64,000 nt of DNA from Octopus sinensis (taxonomy: Eukaryota): the NCBI RefSeq assembly GCF_006345805.1, contig NC_043001.1, positions 101,246,001 to 101,310,000 on the forward strand, given 5' to 3'. The notes below the pieces were generated by a model. It searched no databases, was not told the origin of the DNA, and was given only the letters and a program-made list of their open reading frames with translations. A program made the translations under genes and the position numbers. Every line of letters starts with the position of its first letter. Within the stretch, counting starts at the first letter, position 1. This document shows positions 27,410 to 40,177 of the stretch, piece after piece.

Positions 27410-27790
27410 CATCATCATTTAATATCTGCCTTCCATGCTGGCATGGGTTGTATGGCTCGATAGGAGCTGGCCAGCCAGAAAGCTGCAGCCGGCTCCATTC
27501 GTCTATTGCGGCAAGGTTTCTACAGATGGATGCTCTTCCTAATGCCAACCACTTTACATGGTGGCACTGGGGGCTTTCTGTGTGGCACTGGCACTGTCAC
27601 ACCTGTCGATGAAGACTGTGGCTATTCAGGTGAACTGATGCAAATTGTTTCATATAAATATATATTGTTGCTAGGGCCACGGATTGGCTCCCGTGCCAGT
27701 GGCACATGAAAAGCACCATTCGAGCATGGTTGTTGCCAGAGTTGCCCTACCAGCACATGTGCCACTTGCACATGGCAAACAACATTCCAG
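27410..27790. mobile_element. Retroposon family C fragments (tail on -, repeat units on +)
   Basis: CCATGCTGGCATGGGTTG...TTTCTACAGATGGATGCTCTTCC, and GGCTCCCGTGCCAGTGGCACATGAAAAGCACCATTCGAGC. Confidence 0.7.
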
Positions 27791-27892
27791 CATGGAATAC
27801 ATACAAACATACATGCATACATACATGCATGCATACATACATACATACATACATACATACATACATACATACATACATACATACATACATAC

Positions 27893-27955
27893 ATACAAGT
27901 TCAGATTTATACCTGTAATTATTGGGGCCCTGGGATATGTAAGACACTGCCTGAA
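27893..27955 (+). mobile_element. Tiny R4/Dong-like C-terminal fragment
   Basis: Translates YKFRFIPVIIGALGYV, matching the (I/V)PIIIG(A/S)LG motif seen in the RLE tails at ~50380 and ~53400. Confidence 0.55.
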
Positions 27956-28074
27956 TGGGCTGGGGCTGGTTATGTGAAACTGGTGTAGGATATAGCTGTG
28001 AACTCACTTTATTTGCCAGGTCTTCGCAGTCATAGTATATCTCCAGAGGTCTCGGTCTTTCATCATTGCCTCTG

Positions 28075-28460
28075 TTTGATATTTTATGTAAATACCCCAC
28101 TCAGACTTTTGAAAAGCACAGCAGCAAAGTATATCACAAAGAGGGCAAAAGCACCAACATCTCTTTGATTTACTCTATTCTCCACAGCAAAACATTCAGA
28201 AAACCTCCCACCAAAATTAAATCTAACCTTCATATTTTGATGCAAAGTCCTGATCATGTTTACAAATTCTTCTGGGCATCCTATTTTCCTTAGAATTATC
28301 CACAGAACATTTTGATTAACTGTTTCTAATGCCTTGCTTAAATCAACAAAGCAGTGGTGTACTGCAAGATTCTATTCAATGCTCTTTTCTGAAATTATCT
28401 GATAGTAAAGACATGATCATCCATGCCCTGGAGGAGCAGAAACTACATTGAAGACTCAGA
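28075..28460 (-). mobile_element. Decayed RTE-clade RT-domain fragment, abutting an RTE 3'-end piece at ~27990-28075
   Basis: SQCSFCSSR..DHVFTIR..SEKSIE*N....CFVDLSKALETVNQNVLWIILRKIGCPEEFVNMIRTLH matches the RTE FVDL.KAFDTV...LW..L.K.GCP motif. Confidence 0.8.
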
Positions 28461-28841
28461 CACTATATTTGGAACTATGAAGGAATTTAAATGTTCTAAC
28501 AGGATACAGGCAAGTACCTTTCCAACTAAAGACAAAAGTGAAATCCCACATGCATACATACGTACATACACACACATACATATGTATTAACGTTTGCTGC
28601 CCTTTTTCATTTCTAGGAATTCTTAGAAGAAAGGAGCTGTGTTCTAACAAAGAAACAAAACACCATTATTGGAATTTTGATGACAGCTCTTAAGTGTTGC
28701 AGGGTGAACTTTATAAAATCTTGCACATTTTTACTGTCCCACTTATAGATTGTATTTATGAAGCGCATGTTAATGGAACTCTTTCTTTGGCTGAAAATCT
28801 TAGCCTTTTCCACATTCCCTCTTTGACATTTAATAACATAA

Positions 28842-29260
28842 GCACTGGCATGGCTGTGTGGTGAGAAGCTTGTTTCCCAACATCATGATTCCAGGCTCGG
28901 TCCCTCTGTGAGTCACCTCGAGTAAGGATCTTCTACTATAGCTTCAGGTGAACCAAAGCCTTGTGCGCTGATTTCATAGATGAAAACTGAAAGAAGCCCA
29001 TCATATGTATGTGTATTTGTGTCTATGTTTGTCTCCTCACCACCACCACCACCACCACCACCACCACCGCCACAATTTGACATCCAATGTTGGTGTGTTT
29101 ATGTCCTCATGATGTAGCAGTTCAGCAAAAGAGGTCAAAAGAGCAAGTCTTAGACTTAAAAATACAAATTCAGGGTCGATTCATTCAACAAAATATTCTT
29201 CAAGGTAGTGCCCCAGTATGGCCCCAGTCCAATGACTGAAACAAGTAAAAGATGAAAGAC
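28842..29260 (+). mobile_element. SINE family A (diverged)
   Basis: GGCATGGCTGTGTGGTGAGAAGC...GAAAACTGAAAGAAGCCC...AATGACTGAAACAAGTAAAAG. Confidence 0.85.
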
Positions 29261-29974
29261 AAAAGTTAATCATGTACACCAACAATTATTGTGGATTTGT
29301 AACAGGGTGGAAGATGATCTGCTATTTTTTAAGCAATTCTCCTTAAATATTCTCCTTCTTCCTGTTTTGGAAAAGTTTTGCTGGGAACATTCCCCCAATA
29401 TTCCTTCAGTTGATATGTTTTTAATAACAGAGATGATTGTTTATATTTATCTGAAGGCAATCTCTTCTGTGGAGGGCCTTGTATATTGTTTTAGCAACAT
29501 CATGTTGTAATGGCAGATTATATCGTGATGACATTTTTGGACAGCAGCTGATTTACATGTGTTATATTTTCCACAGAGGAGTCGTAGAGTTGACATTTAT
29601 GTTTATATCTTGGGAGTTTAAGAGTTTCATTGTCTTATTTGTTCATTAGATATTTCATAGCTATTTCCTGCTCTTGGATTGCAAAAGAATAATGTTCAAG
29701 CTGTGACATGATGCAATAGTGATGAGTCTAAAAGATTCTACACTTTACGTTAATATTATCCTCCTGCCTAAGCTTACTGGAAACATCACTTGTTTTTCTT
29801 TTCCTTTTTTTGTGGTACACATCATATTTCTCGTCCAAATCTTTACCGAACTTTGCTAATCCTGTACTTCTGCATTCATGTGAGATATCATCAACAGGTG
29901 AATAAATTTTGGAGTGTTACCCTGTTTTGGAGTGTTAGCCAGAGCAACAAGCTAGCCACCGTGCCGATGACCCA

Positions 29975-30186
29975 TTAAAAACACCATTCGAGCGTGATCA
30001 TTACCTGCGTCGCCTTACTAGCACTTGTGCTGGTGGCATGTGAAAAAACATATGAGCGAGGTCGTTGCCAGTGCCGCTGGACTGGCTTCTGTGCAGGTGG
30101 CACATAAAAAGCACCATTTGAGCATGGCCGTTGCCAGTGCCACCTGACTGGCCCTCGCGCCGGTGGCACATAAAAGCACCCACTAC
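29975..30186 (+). mobile_element. Retroposon family C repeat units
   Basis: Three to four AAAAGCACCATT.GAGC...TTGCCAGTGCC...GGTGGCAC units ending in CCCACTAC. Confidence 0.75.
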
Positions 30187-30189
30187 AGG

Positions 30190-30490
30190 ATGTTATTCAA
30201 TTTGTTCTAAAGGACTTCCTTCATGCATGTATTTTTGTAGCTGTTGTTTAGCGATTGCCTCTGGATGATAGCCTTTGCCTCACAAAGCTGTCTGCATTGA
30301 CCTTAAGCCTTTACCTCCCTCTTTTTGCTACCAAGCCTGTCAATACTACCGTTTCTATATTCTATAGAAGTTTGCTGCTGTTAGGATCTTGCAGGTTTTA
30401 ATTTTCATGGAGAGGATTTTTTTCTGTATGCCAGTCAAGTAACCCATATGTTGGTATTGATATTGGCTCTGCAAGTGCATTCTGGGACAG
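30190..30490 (-). mobile_element. Decayed R4/Dong-like ORF fragment
   Basis: NALAEPISIPTYGLLDW...IKTCKILT...SIDRL...EGGKGLRS parallels NTLAVPVISYSNNILNW...KTRKIMT...DIERLY...EGGRG of the 50132-51883 element. Confidence 0.65.
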
Positions 30491-30802
30491 GTTTGTTTGT
30501 ATGTATTAAAGGAAAAGTGTAAAGGAAAGGGAAAAGAAGCAAAAAGGAAATCTAAAATGTGTGGCTGTGCTTCCCAACCATATGGTTGGGAAGCCTCAAC
30601 ACACTTCAGCCACGTCCCTGCCATATTCTTGGGAAATTCTTTTGTTTTTGAAATTACGTTTCTTCTGATAACTCCGGCTTTTTGTAACGAAGTAATGTTC
30701 TCATTTTTCTATTAAAAAGACGCATAAGAAACAGCAGTAATGAGCTGACATTTATCCATCGTCTGTTATCATTCATTTGATTATATATATATATATATAT
30801 AT

Positions 30803-31138
30803 GAAGGCGCATGGCTCAGTGGTTAGAGCGTCGAGCTTACGATCGTGAGGTTGTGAGCTCGAATCCCGGACCAGGCTGCGTGTTGTGTTCTTGAGCAAGA
30901 CACTTTATTTCACGTTGCTCCAGTTCACTCACCTGTAGAAAGGAGTTGCGACATCACTGGTGCCAAGCTGTATCGCCCTTTGCCTTTCCCTTGGATAACA
31001 CTGGTGGCGTGGAGAGGGGAGGCTGGTATGCATGGGCGACTGCTGGTCTTCCATAAACAACCTCGCCCGGACTTGTGTCTAGGAGGGTAACTTTCTAGGT
31101 GCAATCTCATGGTCTGTGTCATGACCGAAGGGGGTCTC
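30803..31138 (+). mobile_element. tRNA-derived SINE, family E (TGTTGTGTTCTTGAGCAAGACACTT core), young, within (TA)n
   Basis: GAAGGCGCATGGCTCAGTGGTTAGAGCG (A box)...GCTCGAATCCC (B box); CpGs retained. Confidence 0.85.
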
Positions 31139-31168
31139 CGATATATATATATATATATATATATATAT

Positions 31169-31480
31169 CTTTTACTCTTTTACTTGTTTCAGTCATTTGA
31201 CTGGTGCCATGCTGGAGCACTGCCTTTAGTCAAGCAAATCAACCCCAGGTTTTTTCTATCAATCTCTTTTGCCAATCCGCTAATGTTATGGGGACATAAA
31301 CACACCACCATCGGTTGTCAAGCGATGTTGGGGCTACAAACGCAGACACACACACATACACATATATATATATATATACATATATCTGGCAGGCTTCTTT
31401 CAGTTTCCGTCTACCAAATTCACTCACAAGGCTTTGATTGGCCTGGGGTTATAGTAGAAGACACTTGCCCAAGGTGCCAT
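31169..31480 (-). mobile_element. SINE family A, head missing
   Basis: Homologous to 1079-1466. Confidence 0.85.
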
Positions 31481-31481
31481 G

Positions 31482-31516
<35 letters not shown>

Positions 31517-31859
31517 TTACATGTGTCTTTGTGTCTGTCTTTGTCCATACCTCTGAATGACAACCAGTGTTGGTGTGTTTACAGCCCTGTAATTTAGTGG
31601 TTCAGAAAAGGAGTTCAATAAGATAAATATCAGACTTAGAAAACATTTAGTACTGGGTTTGATTCGTTCAACTGAAATACTGAAGGTGGTGCTCCACATT
31701 GACCCCAGTTTAATGACTGGAACAAGTAAAAGAGTGACAGAATAAAAAGGTGTGAAGAAAAAAGAAACCAGGGAGTGATACCCCGTTTAGTGGGAAGTCC
31801 ATTGATAGTTTTATTGGAGACTAAAGATTTCACCATATATATATATATATATATATATA

Positions 31860-32155
31860 GTGAGAATATCCAAAAAAAACAAAAGATGAAGACAGGTGTG
31901 TAAACGACAAACAGATGCATTAGTTTAACACTCGGGAAGTGAGAATGTCTTTTACATTTCAAGCCTACGCTCTTCAACATAAAGGAACACAGAAATAAAC
32001 AGGGTGAGAAAATAGAAAAAGGTATAGTGGCTAGATTCCAGGTAGAATAGTCCAAGAAAAGTTCGAAGTGGAGGTGGAGACAGGATAAAACTGGTGCGAC
32101 CATGTGAGCATGTAATATATGGTGAGAATTTACAAAAAACAAAAGATGAAGATGA

Positions 32156-32158
<3 letters not shown>
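31860..32158 (-). mobile_element. (TA)n-inserted Penelope-like terminal unit with terminal direct repeat and degenerate hammerhead
   Basis: GTGAGAAT..CAAAAAACAAAAGATGAAGA occurs at both ends (~31860, ~32122); minus strand reads CTTT-ATGTTGA-A-GAGC-GTAG-GCTT-GAAA-TGTA-AAAG at ~31950-31985. Confidence 0.55.
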
Positions 32159-32216
<58 letters not shown>

Positions 32217-32283
32217 TGTATGTATGTATGTATGTATGTATGATGTATGTATGTATGTATGTATGTATGTATGTATGTATGTT

Positions 32284-32330
<47 letters not shown>

Positions 32331-32335
<5 letters not shown>

Positions 32336-32528
32336 ATCCAAACCTGAAAACACAATGCAAGGACGTGGAACAAGTATAGTGTTATTGGACGCTCAGGAAA
32401 GAAGGAAAGAAGGAGGATTTAACGTTTCGAGTGGAACTCTTTGTCAGAAACATAGGAAAAGGAAAGATCCAAAGAAGGAAAGATGGAGGAAAAAAATCTC
32501 CAACGATACACATGCGGTCACATATAGA

Positions 32529-32531
<3 letters not shown>
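32331..32531 (-). mobile_element. Second copy of the ~210-bp (TA)n-inserted hammerhead-motif element
   Basis: Reverse complement aligns end to end with 8643-8857; motif GTTT-CTGACAA-A-GAGT-TCC-ACTC-GAAA-CGTT-AAAT. Confidence 0.65.
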
Positions 32532-32590
<59 letters not shown>

Positions 32591-35585
32591 CAGAATTTTA
32601 TGAAGGAAAAGTATGTGAAATGTTTTTATAGGAAGAAATTATGAAAACATTTTCAGAAAAATATTCTAAAAAATACAGGAAATATTTGAATTTGTCCTGA
32701 GTTTTGATTGAAAATCGATAGAGGCTGTTTTTACACATGGGTAAATAAGGAAGAGTGGGCATATTTACTGCTCTTGCATTAGTATGGAAAGTGTAGAAAA
32801 TTAATGATACTAAGAACTATTGTGACAAAGATTGTCATGTAAATTCGTCATTTAGACTTACTAGTTTAGTACTAGTTTGGATGAGTAAATAATTTTATTT
32901 GACAGACCCTTTTTCATTCACCAACATGTTTGATTGATCATACGCTCATGTACATATGCAGGTTTATGTATATGCAGGTTTATGTGCTTTCATGACAGTT
33001 TTATTTCTTGGCTCCTTATGCCATACACATCAAAGTTGATCCCCAAAAAATTTGTAAAATTGCTTCAGAAAACCAGACGTATAAGCTTATTCTGTATTTA
33101 CTTAGGTTCCTCATATATCTTAGCATGAAAGTGAATTTGTTGTCACAGTCAATTACAAGTTCTGTCTTTGGGTAACTTGAAAAAGTTAACTATGTTGCAA
33201 GCAGTTAGGCCAAGTCTCTGATCTGAAGATAATCCCCTTTCCTTTCACCATTATGGAGGCTCTGGAAAGGTTTTACCTCTTTCTCTGACTGAGCCATTGC
33301 AACAAAAAATACAAATACAAATACTCTGTGTTTGAAGTAGCAGACACTAGCTTGGTATGACAAGACATCGGACTAACCAAAATGACTCTAGAATTTATAA
33401 GGGCAGCATGCATAGTTGATGCATGCATCATACTTAATTAATAGGCATTGCTAACCTGTATGTTACAGCAGTAAGCTTTGTCATTACCTTGAGAATATCT
33501 ACAGAGAATAATGGTCAAATTTGAAGACATCAACAGTAAATCTGATGTGAAGTTCTTCAGGTGTTCAGGTGTCATGTTTCTGTCAGATTTTCTTATCAAA
33601 CTAATTATGATAAACAGCAAATATTATGTTAGACACAACTGAATGAGACTTGTCTGAGTTGATGAAGGATTCTTCAACAACTTTTCTAATTTGTCCTACA
33701 TGGTATCTGATTAGTTGTATAATCTTGTGTTGTCACATCAGGTAAAGGTAACTCCCCAAGCTTTTATCATTGTCTTCAGAGACAGATTACAATAAAAGGC
33801 CAATGCAATACACAGAGTGTTGCATGGCAATTATAATTTCCACTCTCGTTTTGCATTGATATTTTGAAATATCTTGCTCTCGCAGAAAAGTGGTTTTTAA
33901 CTTTTTGTTTGCTATAAGAAAAAAAACAACATATTTTAATATGTTGATATCTGAAACAGTTCTGATTAGTTAATGGATCATCTCTCTTAACAAATAAATG
34001 ATATTCAGGTAATGAGCTAACAGAATCGTGAGCATGCCAGGTAAAATGTATAAAATATATAAAATAAGTACCAGTTGAGTATTGGGGTCAATGTAATCAA
34101 CTTAACCCTTCCCTTGAAATTGCAGGCCTTGTGCCTAAATATGAAACCAATATCAAGACTGTGGGGGCAAGATGTGATTTGCAAGGGATGTCGTTTCTAC
34201 TTCTACCACATCAAGCAACCCTTAAAAGGTTCTCTCACACATAATTGCTTGACTGAACATATTAAAACTACTTTGTCTGATCCTTACAAGGGAACTCCTA
34301 TGAGGATGCTTGGTGTACAAGAAATAGAAACCAAATCTCTTTTAAACTACAGCTGGCCTTTGAGCCTAAATGCTTGTTTATTCAGCTTCAGATGTTTTCT
34401 TTACTATAAAGTAAGTTGTTTTTTTATGTTAATAAATACTTGAGTGAAAGATACTCGAAAATAGAAACTGAACCAAGAAGCAAAGCTTTCCATGGTTTTT
34501 CAACCTGCAAGAAGTTTCACCAAAGTTTTTTCCAGACACTCTCCTACTGTTATGAAAATAAGTAGATATACAGGATAAAATAATACTTAATATAATGTAC
34601 CAGAAAAGAAGACAAGATCGTCTCTCTTTGAATGGCTTGTTGGACAATATTTTTTTCAGGCAGAAATATTTTCCCTACCACATGCAAATGCCAAATGGAA
34701 TCATGAACAAACATCTACAAAATGGTCTTTCAAACAGAATAATTTACAAATATTCCAGAAAAATACACAACCTTACAGGGATATAACAATGGCAACAACA
34801 AGTACATCAACAGTGAAAATAGAAAGTCTCATTATTATCTCTTAACTCAAATACACAGTTTTGCATAAAATACATTTAAGAAACAGAGGTCATACACAAA
34901 AAAAAGAAGTTTGTATACATGTCTCGAAAAAATTTTGTTTTTAATTCTGAAATACATTAATAACATTATAAACACCTTTATAGAGTTAAATGATTTCATA
35001 CCAGACAGCACACATGGCATTCATATAAGAATAATTCAGAAAACATTCTAACTACAATCAGAGAGAATATATAATGTTCAAGTGCAGTCTACACAGATCA
35101 GACCACACAAACCTTTTACAAATCGATGGTTTTTTTAACAAATACAAAAACTCTCGTACTGTGTATACGTATCATAAATATTATTCAGCATTGGGAATAC
35201 AAGATTTCAAAATAAAAACTAACATCACAAATAACATTGATATAATACATACACACACATTATGCCAGAGTGGAAAATGGACGTTAAAATGGTGATTGGG
35301 ATGAGGATAATGATAATGAAAATACAAACACACACACACACACACACACAAAAGAAGTTTATAAACTTTCAAGATAATTCCTTTTTTCATGGAATATCTC
35401 AAAAGCACACACATCGAACTATAAATAATAACATGCAAATATCGGGTTGAAAAAAAAAACATTTTGGATAGAAAGAGTGGAAGGCAGCTTTTGGCTTTGT
35501 CTATCCAGAAGAGTTTGTACAAGCAATTATATATAGCTTCGTCTTTATGTCTTGAGATATTTCAAAACTGAACATATGTGCGTGT

Positions 35586-35616
<31 letters not shown>

Positions 35617-35644
35617 TATGCATGCATGCACACATACACAAGGG

Positions 35645-35861
35645 ACAGGGTATGCTGAAAAGTTCCTGGCTTTGGGCAAAAGAAAATAGAGGAGGATCAG
35701 TTAATTATGATTTTATTCAACATATTCCCCTCTCAGATTCACACACTTATTGCGGTGGTCCTTCAGTTTTTTCTAAATCCTGTAAAAGAACTCAGAAGGT
35801 TGAGCCTCCAGCCAGGCCTTTTGTGATACTCTTAAGCCAGGAGCTTTTCAGAACCTCCTCA
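35645..35861. mobile_element. Mariner-type MITE (~215 bp)
   Basis: Imperfect TIRs GCTGAAAAGTTCCTGGCTT / AAGCCAGGAGCTTTTCAGA, ending CCTCA-TA. Confidence 0.65.
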
Positions 35862-36039
35862 TATATGCATGTAAGTATACAATTCTATCTCCCTCCTTTG
35901 TTCTTCCTTTTTGTTTTTCTCTCCCACCCTTTCTCTAATCTCTCTCTCCCTCACTCTTCATCCTTGACTCTTTCATTGCTCACACGTGACCAACAGCCAT
36001 CTATCTTTCTTTCTTCCACTTCCTAAAACAATACTTGCG

Positions 36040-36421
36040 TTTGCCTGTCTCTCTCCAAGCTCATTTTGCCAGCATTCAACACTTCACCTCGTTATGGCAT
36101 AACAGCCCTTACTATCTGTTTTTACTGTTTTGTTTTTACTGTCCTGTTTTTGTCACCACTTTAACTCTCCACAAATCTCAGTTTTTTTAAGTTGCTTTGT
36201 GTGAAAGACTGTTTTAATGAAGTCACGTCTTGTTCCTACATTCAAAATGCTGAGTAGATAAAACAGAGGACAACTGATGAAGGGATTGTTCTTTATGTTG
36301 ATTGTCTCGTTTCTCTACTTGTCTCTTTCAGTGTTCAAAGAAAAAGTTCGTTTTCCATGTTTTTGTTTTTTATGTTCTCGTTTCTCATTTTGTTCATATT
36401 TTTTTGACATTCTGTACCCAT
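36040..36421 (+). mobile_element. (TA)n-adjacent element related to 20622-21160
   Basis: Shared motifs and 3' end; see findings. Confidence 0.5.
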
Positions 36422-36482
36422 ATATGCATATATATATACTTATATATATATGTATGTACATATATGTATGTATATATGCATG

Positions 36483-36517
<35 letters not shown>

Positions 36518-36622
36518 TATTTATATTATATATATATATATATAAATATATATGAAAGAAGGTTTGAAAAGGCAATTTTAAAAGATGTTTATTCACTTGA
36601 TCGGTTTCAGTTTTTTTAGAAA

Positions 36623-36957
36623 AAGATTGTCAAAAGTAAAATGTAAAGCTTTGTATAAGTTTTGTTGTGTTAAGTACTGGTTGTCACAAAATATTAAAAT
36701 ACATATATACATTCTTTGATAATAATCAGAAAATGTTAAAAACAGTTTACAAAGAAAAATCTTGAGAAAATATTAAAAAGTTCATTAAAAATATTAGGAT
36801 ATCATTAAAAATAAGATTGTCAAAAGTAAAATGTGAAAACTTTGTATAAGCTTTGTTGTGTTGAATACTGGTTGTCACAAAAGTATTAAAATACATATAT
36901 ACATTCTTTGGTAATAAGAAAATGTTAAAAACAGTTTACTGTAAACTGTTTTTAACA
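36623..36957. repeat. ~127-bp direct duplication (36623-36750 / 36813-36939) ending in a perfect 17-bp hairpin
   Basis: AAGATTGTCAAAAGTAAAATGT... occurs twice; TGTTAAAAACAGTTTAC-T-GTAAACTGTTTTTAACA at 36923-36957. Confidence 0.85.
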
Positions 36958-37170
36958 GACTGAGTGCCAGACTGAGAATTTCAAGGTAACCATCAGGATC
37001 ACTCAGTGCAATGGAGGCAATGCCAGAATCAAGGTGGCCCTTTTTATCAGCAAACTGAAATCAACCATAAACAACGGGACAGAACTTCATGAAGCAGATT
37101 AGTCACTAAAACAGTACCAGTCTGCTCATGTCACCTTCCTCTTTCTTCTTTCTTAACCCAATCCTACCAC

Positions 37171-37466
37171 CAGTGGTGGACTGAGTCTAAAAGCATTGGT
37201 TCCCAGGTGATTAAGGGGGTGGGGGTCACCTGTAACTACAATGCTATCATTTAATTTTCTTTTTTGTTAAAAGTATTCTTTTCAACTGTCTACAAACACA
37301 GCCAGGCTGAAATAATTAATGCATTCTTGCAGGAGTGAATAAAAAATTCTCAAAATAGAGGGGACAGGCCCCATAGATACTAACATGGTCCCCCATATAT
37401 GGATTCTAATGATGCAGGGGCCCACTTGCCATTGGGGAAACTGGCAACCTGGCCATTCCACCACTG
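37171..37466. mobile_element. hAT-type MITE with 8-bp TSD
   Basis: TIR CAGTGGTGGACTG / CATTCCACCACTG; flanks CCTACCAC and CCCACCAC (7/8 match). Confidence 0.75.
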
Positions 37467-38679
37467 CCCACCACACATACATGCACACACATATGCACAC
37501 AGACACATCTGAGTAACAACCTTTTCCACACCTTGCTTTTATTCAACATATTCCACATGTCCTGTGGAAGGGACCACAGCCTCAAAATATAGAAATGTAA
37601 GATAAAACTACAACTTTGTTTAGTTTTGTTTTCTTATAGTTTTTTTCTATTTAGGTTACTTTTTATCTTCTTGCATTGTTCCAGCCTTGTACAACAAATC
37701 TCTTTAAATTGATATCACAAAATGCTTCACTGAAACTACTCCATACATACGTGTGTGTGGGTGTGCATGCACACACATGCATGTATACATACACAAACAT
37801 ACACACACACTCTACTTACATGTCTTTATACAGTTATGAAATACAGCAATTAAAATCTAAAAGCCTTTACAGTTTATTCACAAGAAATGAGTTTTATATT
37901 CTCAGAAAAAACTCAGTGAGAATATTTCAATAAATATATTATAAGCGTATTAAATCTACAGCTGAAAAAATGTTTAAGTTTTCATGCAAATTTCTAAACA
38001 TGCACTTTGTAAATACATGTGTGTGTGTATGTGTGTGTATTTGAGGTTTTATGAAAACGGCTGATGGAATGATAAAAGAAATGTTACAACATAGGAATAA
38101 AGAATATTCTTCTTAGTTTCACCATATTCTTCATTAGAGATTGTCTTTAACAACACCGAAATACTTGTTGCAAGATGAAGCTGTCTTCTTGCTATATATG
38201 TAACTTTTATAAACTGGATTAATTAAGCTGTTTCTCCTTAGATTGAAAATATGATAAAACGCCCTTAATCAGTTTTTATTGGATTTTCATCAGAGGTATC
38301 TGCATCAATTTGGCCAGTTCCAGAGAAGCAAGCAACCAATCTGTCAATACACTCAATCATTTTGGTAGTTACAGAAAACTGAGGTCACTAATTTGCATAT
38401 AACATTAACACTTTATTTTTAAATATCAAAGGCCTTTCAAGGGGGATCTGAATTCACACAGTATCAAGCTATGATAGATGTAACCTATCCAGTACCTTTA
38501 TAAGTAGGGATGATTAAGTTGTTTTCTCCATAGACTGATCTTATAAGGAGAAATTGTTTTATTCTTGTATGTTAGAGGCTGGAATTGTCTTATTTTTATA
38601 TAAAAGGTATAAAAACGTCATTGAATTAAATATGGATTTATGATGATCGAGTTATTCAAAGAAATTTAAAATAAAACAC

Positions 38680-39078
38680 AAGAGTGGCTGTGTGGTATGT
38701 AGCTTGCTTACCAACCACATGGTTCCGGGGTCAGTCCCATTGTGTGGCACCTTGGGCAAGTGTCTTCTGCTATAGCCTTGGGCCGACCAAAGCCTTGTGA
38801 GGGGATTTGGTCGACAGAAACTGAAAGAAGTCTGTCGTATATATATATATGTATATATATGTATGTGTTTGTGTGTCTGTTTGTCCCCCCCATCATCGCT
38901 TGACAACTGATGCTGGTGTGTTTATGTTCCCGTACCTTAGCGGTTCAGCAAAAGTGACCGATAGAATAAGTTCTAAGCTTACAAAGAATAAGTGCTGGGG
39001 TCTATTTGTTCGACTAAAGGTAGTGATCCAGTATGGCCACGGTCAAATGACTTAAATGAATTAAAGAACAAAAGAATA
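38680..39078 (+). mobile_element. SINE family A
   Basis: GAGTGGCTGTGTGGTATGTAGC...CAAATGAC. Confidence 0.88.
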
Positions 39079-39179
39079 AGCTAAATATTTTCTTCCAGAG
39101 ACAAATGTTAGATTGCAGAATAAAAGCAGGACCAAGGCATCTATCACAGTATCATGTATTTTAGTCGTTTTATTTTTTT

Positions 39180-39531
39180 ATACTTTTATTTGTCTCAGTC
39201 ATTGATCTGCGGCCATGCAGGGGCATCACCTTGGAGAGTTTAGTTAAACAAATCGACCCCAGAACTTATTGGTCTTTTTTGAAGACTGGTATACTTATTC
39301 TATCAGTCTCTTTTTTGCTGAACCACTAAGTCACAGGGCTGAAAGTTACCAACACGAATATGATGGGCATCTCTTAGAGTCCCAACTACCAAATCCACTG
39401 ACAAGGCTTTGGTTGGTCAGAGACAAGGCTATAGCAGAAGACACTTGCCTAAAGTGTCACACAGTGAGACGGAACCCAGAACCATGTGGTTGGGAAGCAA
39501 GCTTCTTACCACACAGCCATGCTTGCACCTG
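39180..39531 (-). mobile_element. SINE family A (internally deleted)
   Basis: Homologous to 1079-1466; tail-to-tail with the preceding copy. Confidence 0.8.
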
Positions 39532-40049
39532 CATTTTCTGTAAGTTAGTTCTTTAGTCTTTAGTTTTGACAGATCAAAAGACCACTTCATGTCAAAGAAG
39601 GGATGTAATTAATTAAATTAATCTCAGTATATTGTTAATTCCTTTATGGAAATATTTGGGGTACATTTGACCCTGGAAGTATGAGGCACATTCCAGAGGT
39701 CACTGAAACATTTTAGAAGAAGCAGTTATGACTGTCCTAGATTACTGTCATTGTCATCATTTAATGTCCATTTTCCATACTGGCATGGACTGGACAGTTT
39801 GGCAGGAGCTTGCAAGCCAGAGAACTACGCCAGGCTCCAGGCTGGATGTCCTTATTAACACCAACCATTTTACAGAGTGTACTTGCTGCTTTTTATGTGG
39901 CACCAGTACAGGTGATTTTTTTTACCTGGCACCACCAGGATCACAAAATAGCTTTTGCGAGACAATACTTGGTGACCCCAGTATCATAGTTTTAGTATAT
40001 CATTACTATATATCCAATAAGCTGACCTGCCAACCCCGTAAGGCCATAA

Positions 40050-40177
40050 CAAAGGCTACAACAAGTGCACTGTAATGAGGGGATTCTATTTTGAAAGAGA
40101 TCAGAGCTTTGTACTTCATTGAAATTTATAAATATCTCCCCTGAAAACGGCTCCAAACTTTTGGAATGTTCCTTGTA
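40050..40177 (+). mobile_element. Mariner 3' end remnant
   Basis: YNKCTVMRGFYFERD matches the mariner C-terminal KC....G.YFE motif, followed by a TIR-like end (reverse complement TACAAGGAACATTCCAAAAGTTTGG). Confidence 0.5.

Noticed and set aside
30803-30875. tRNA gene
   Set aside because: The tRNA-like head continues into a SINE body, with no proper acceptor stem or terminator
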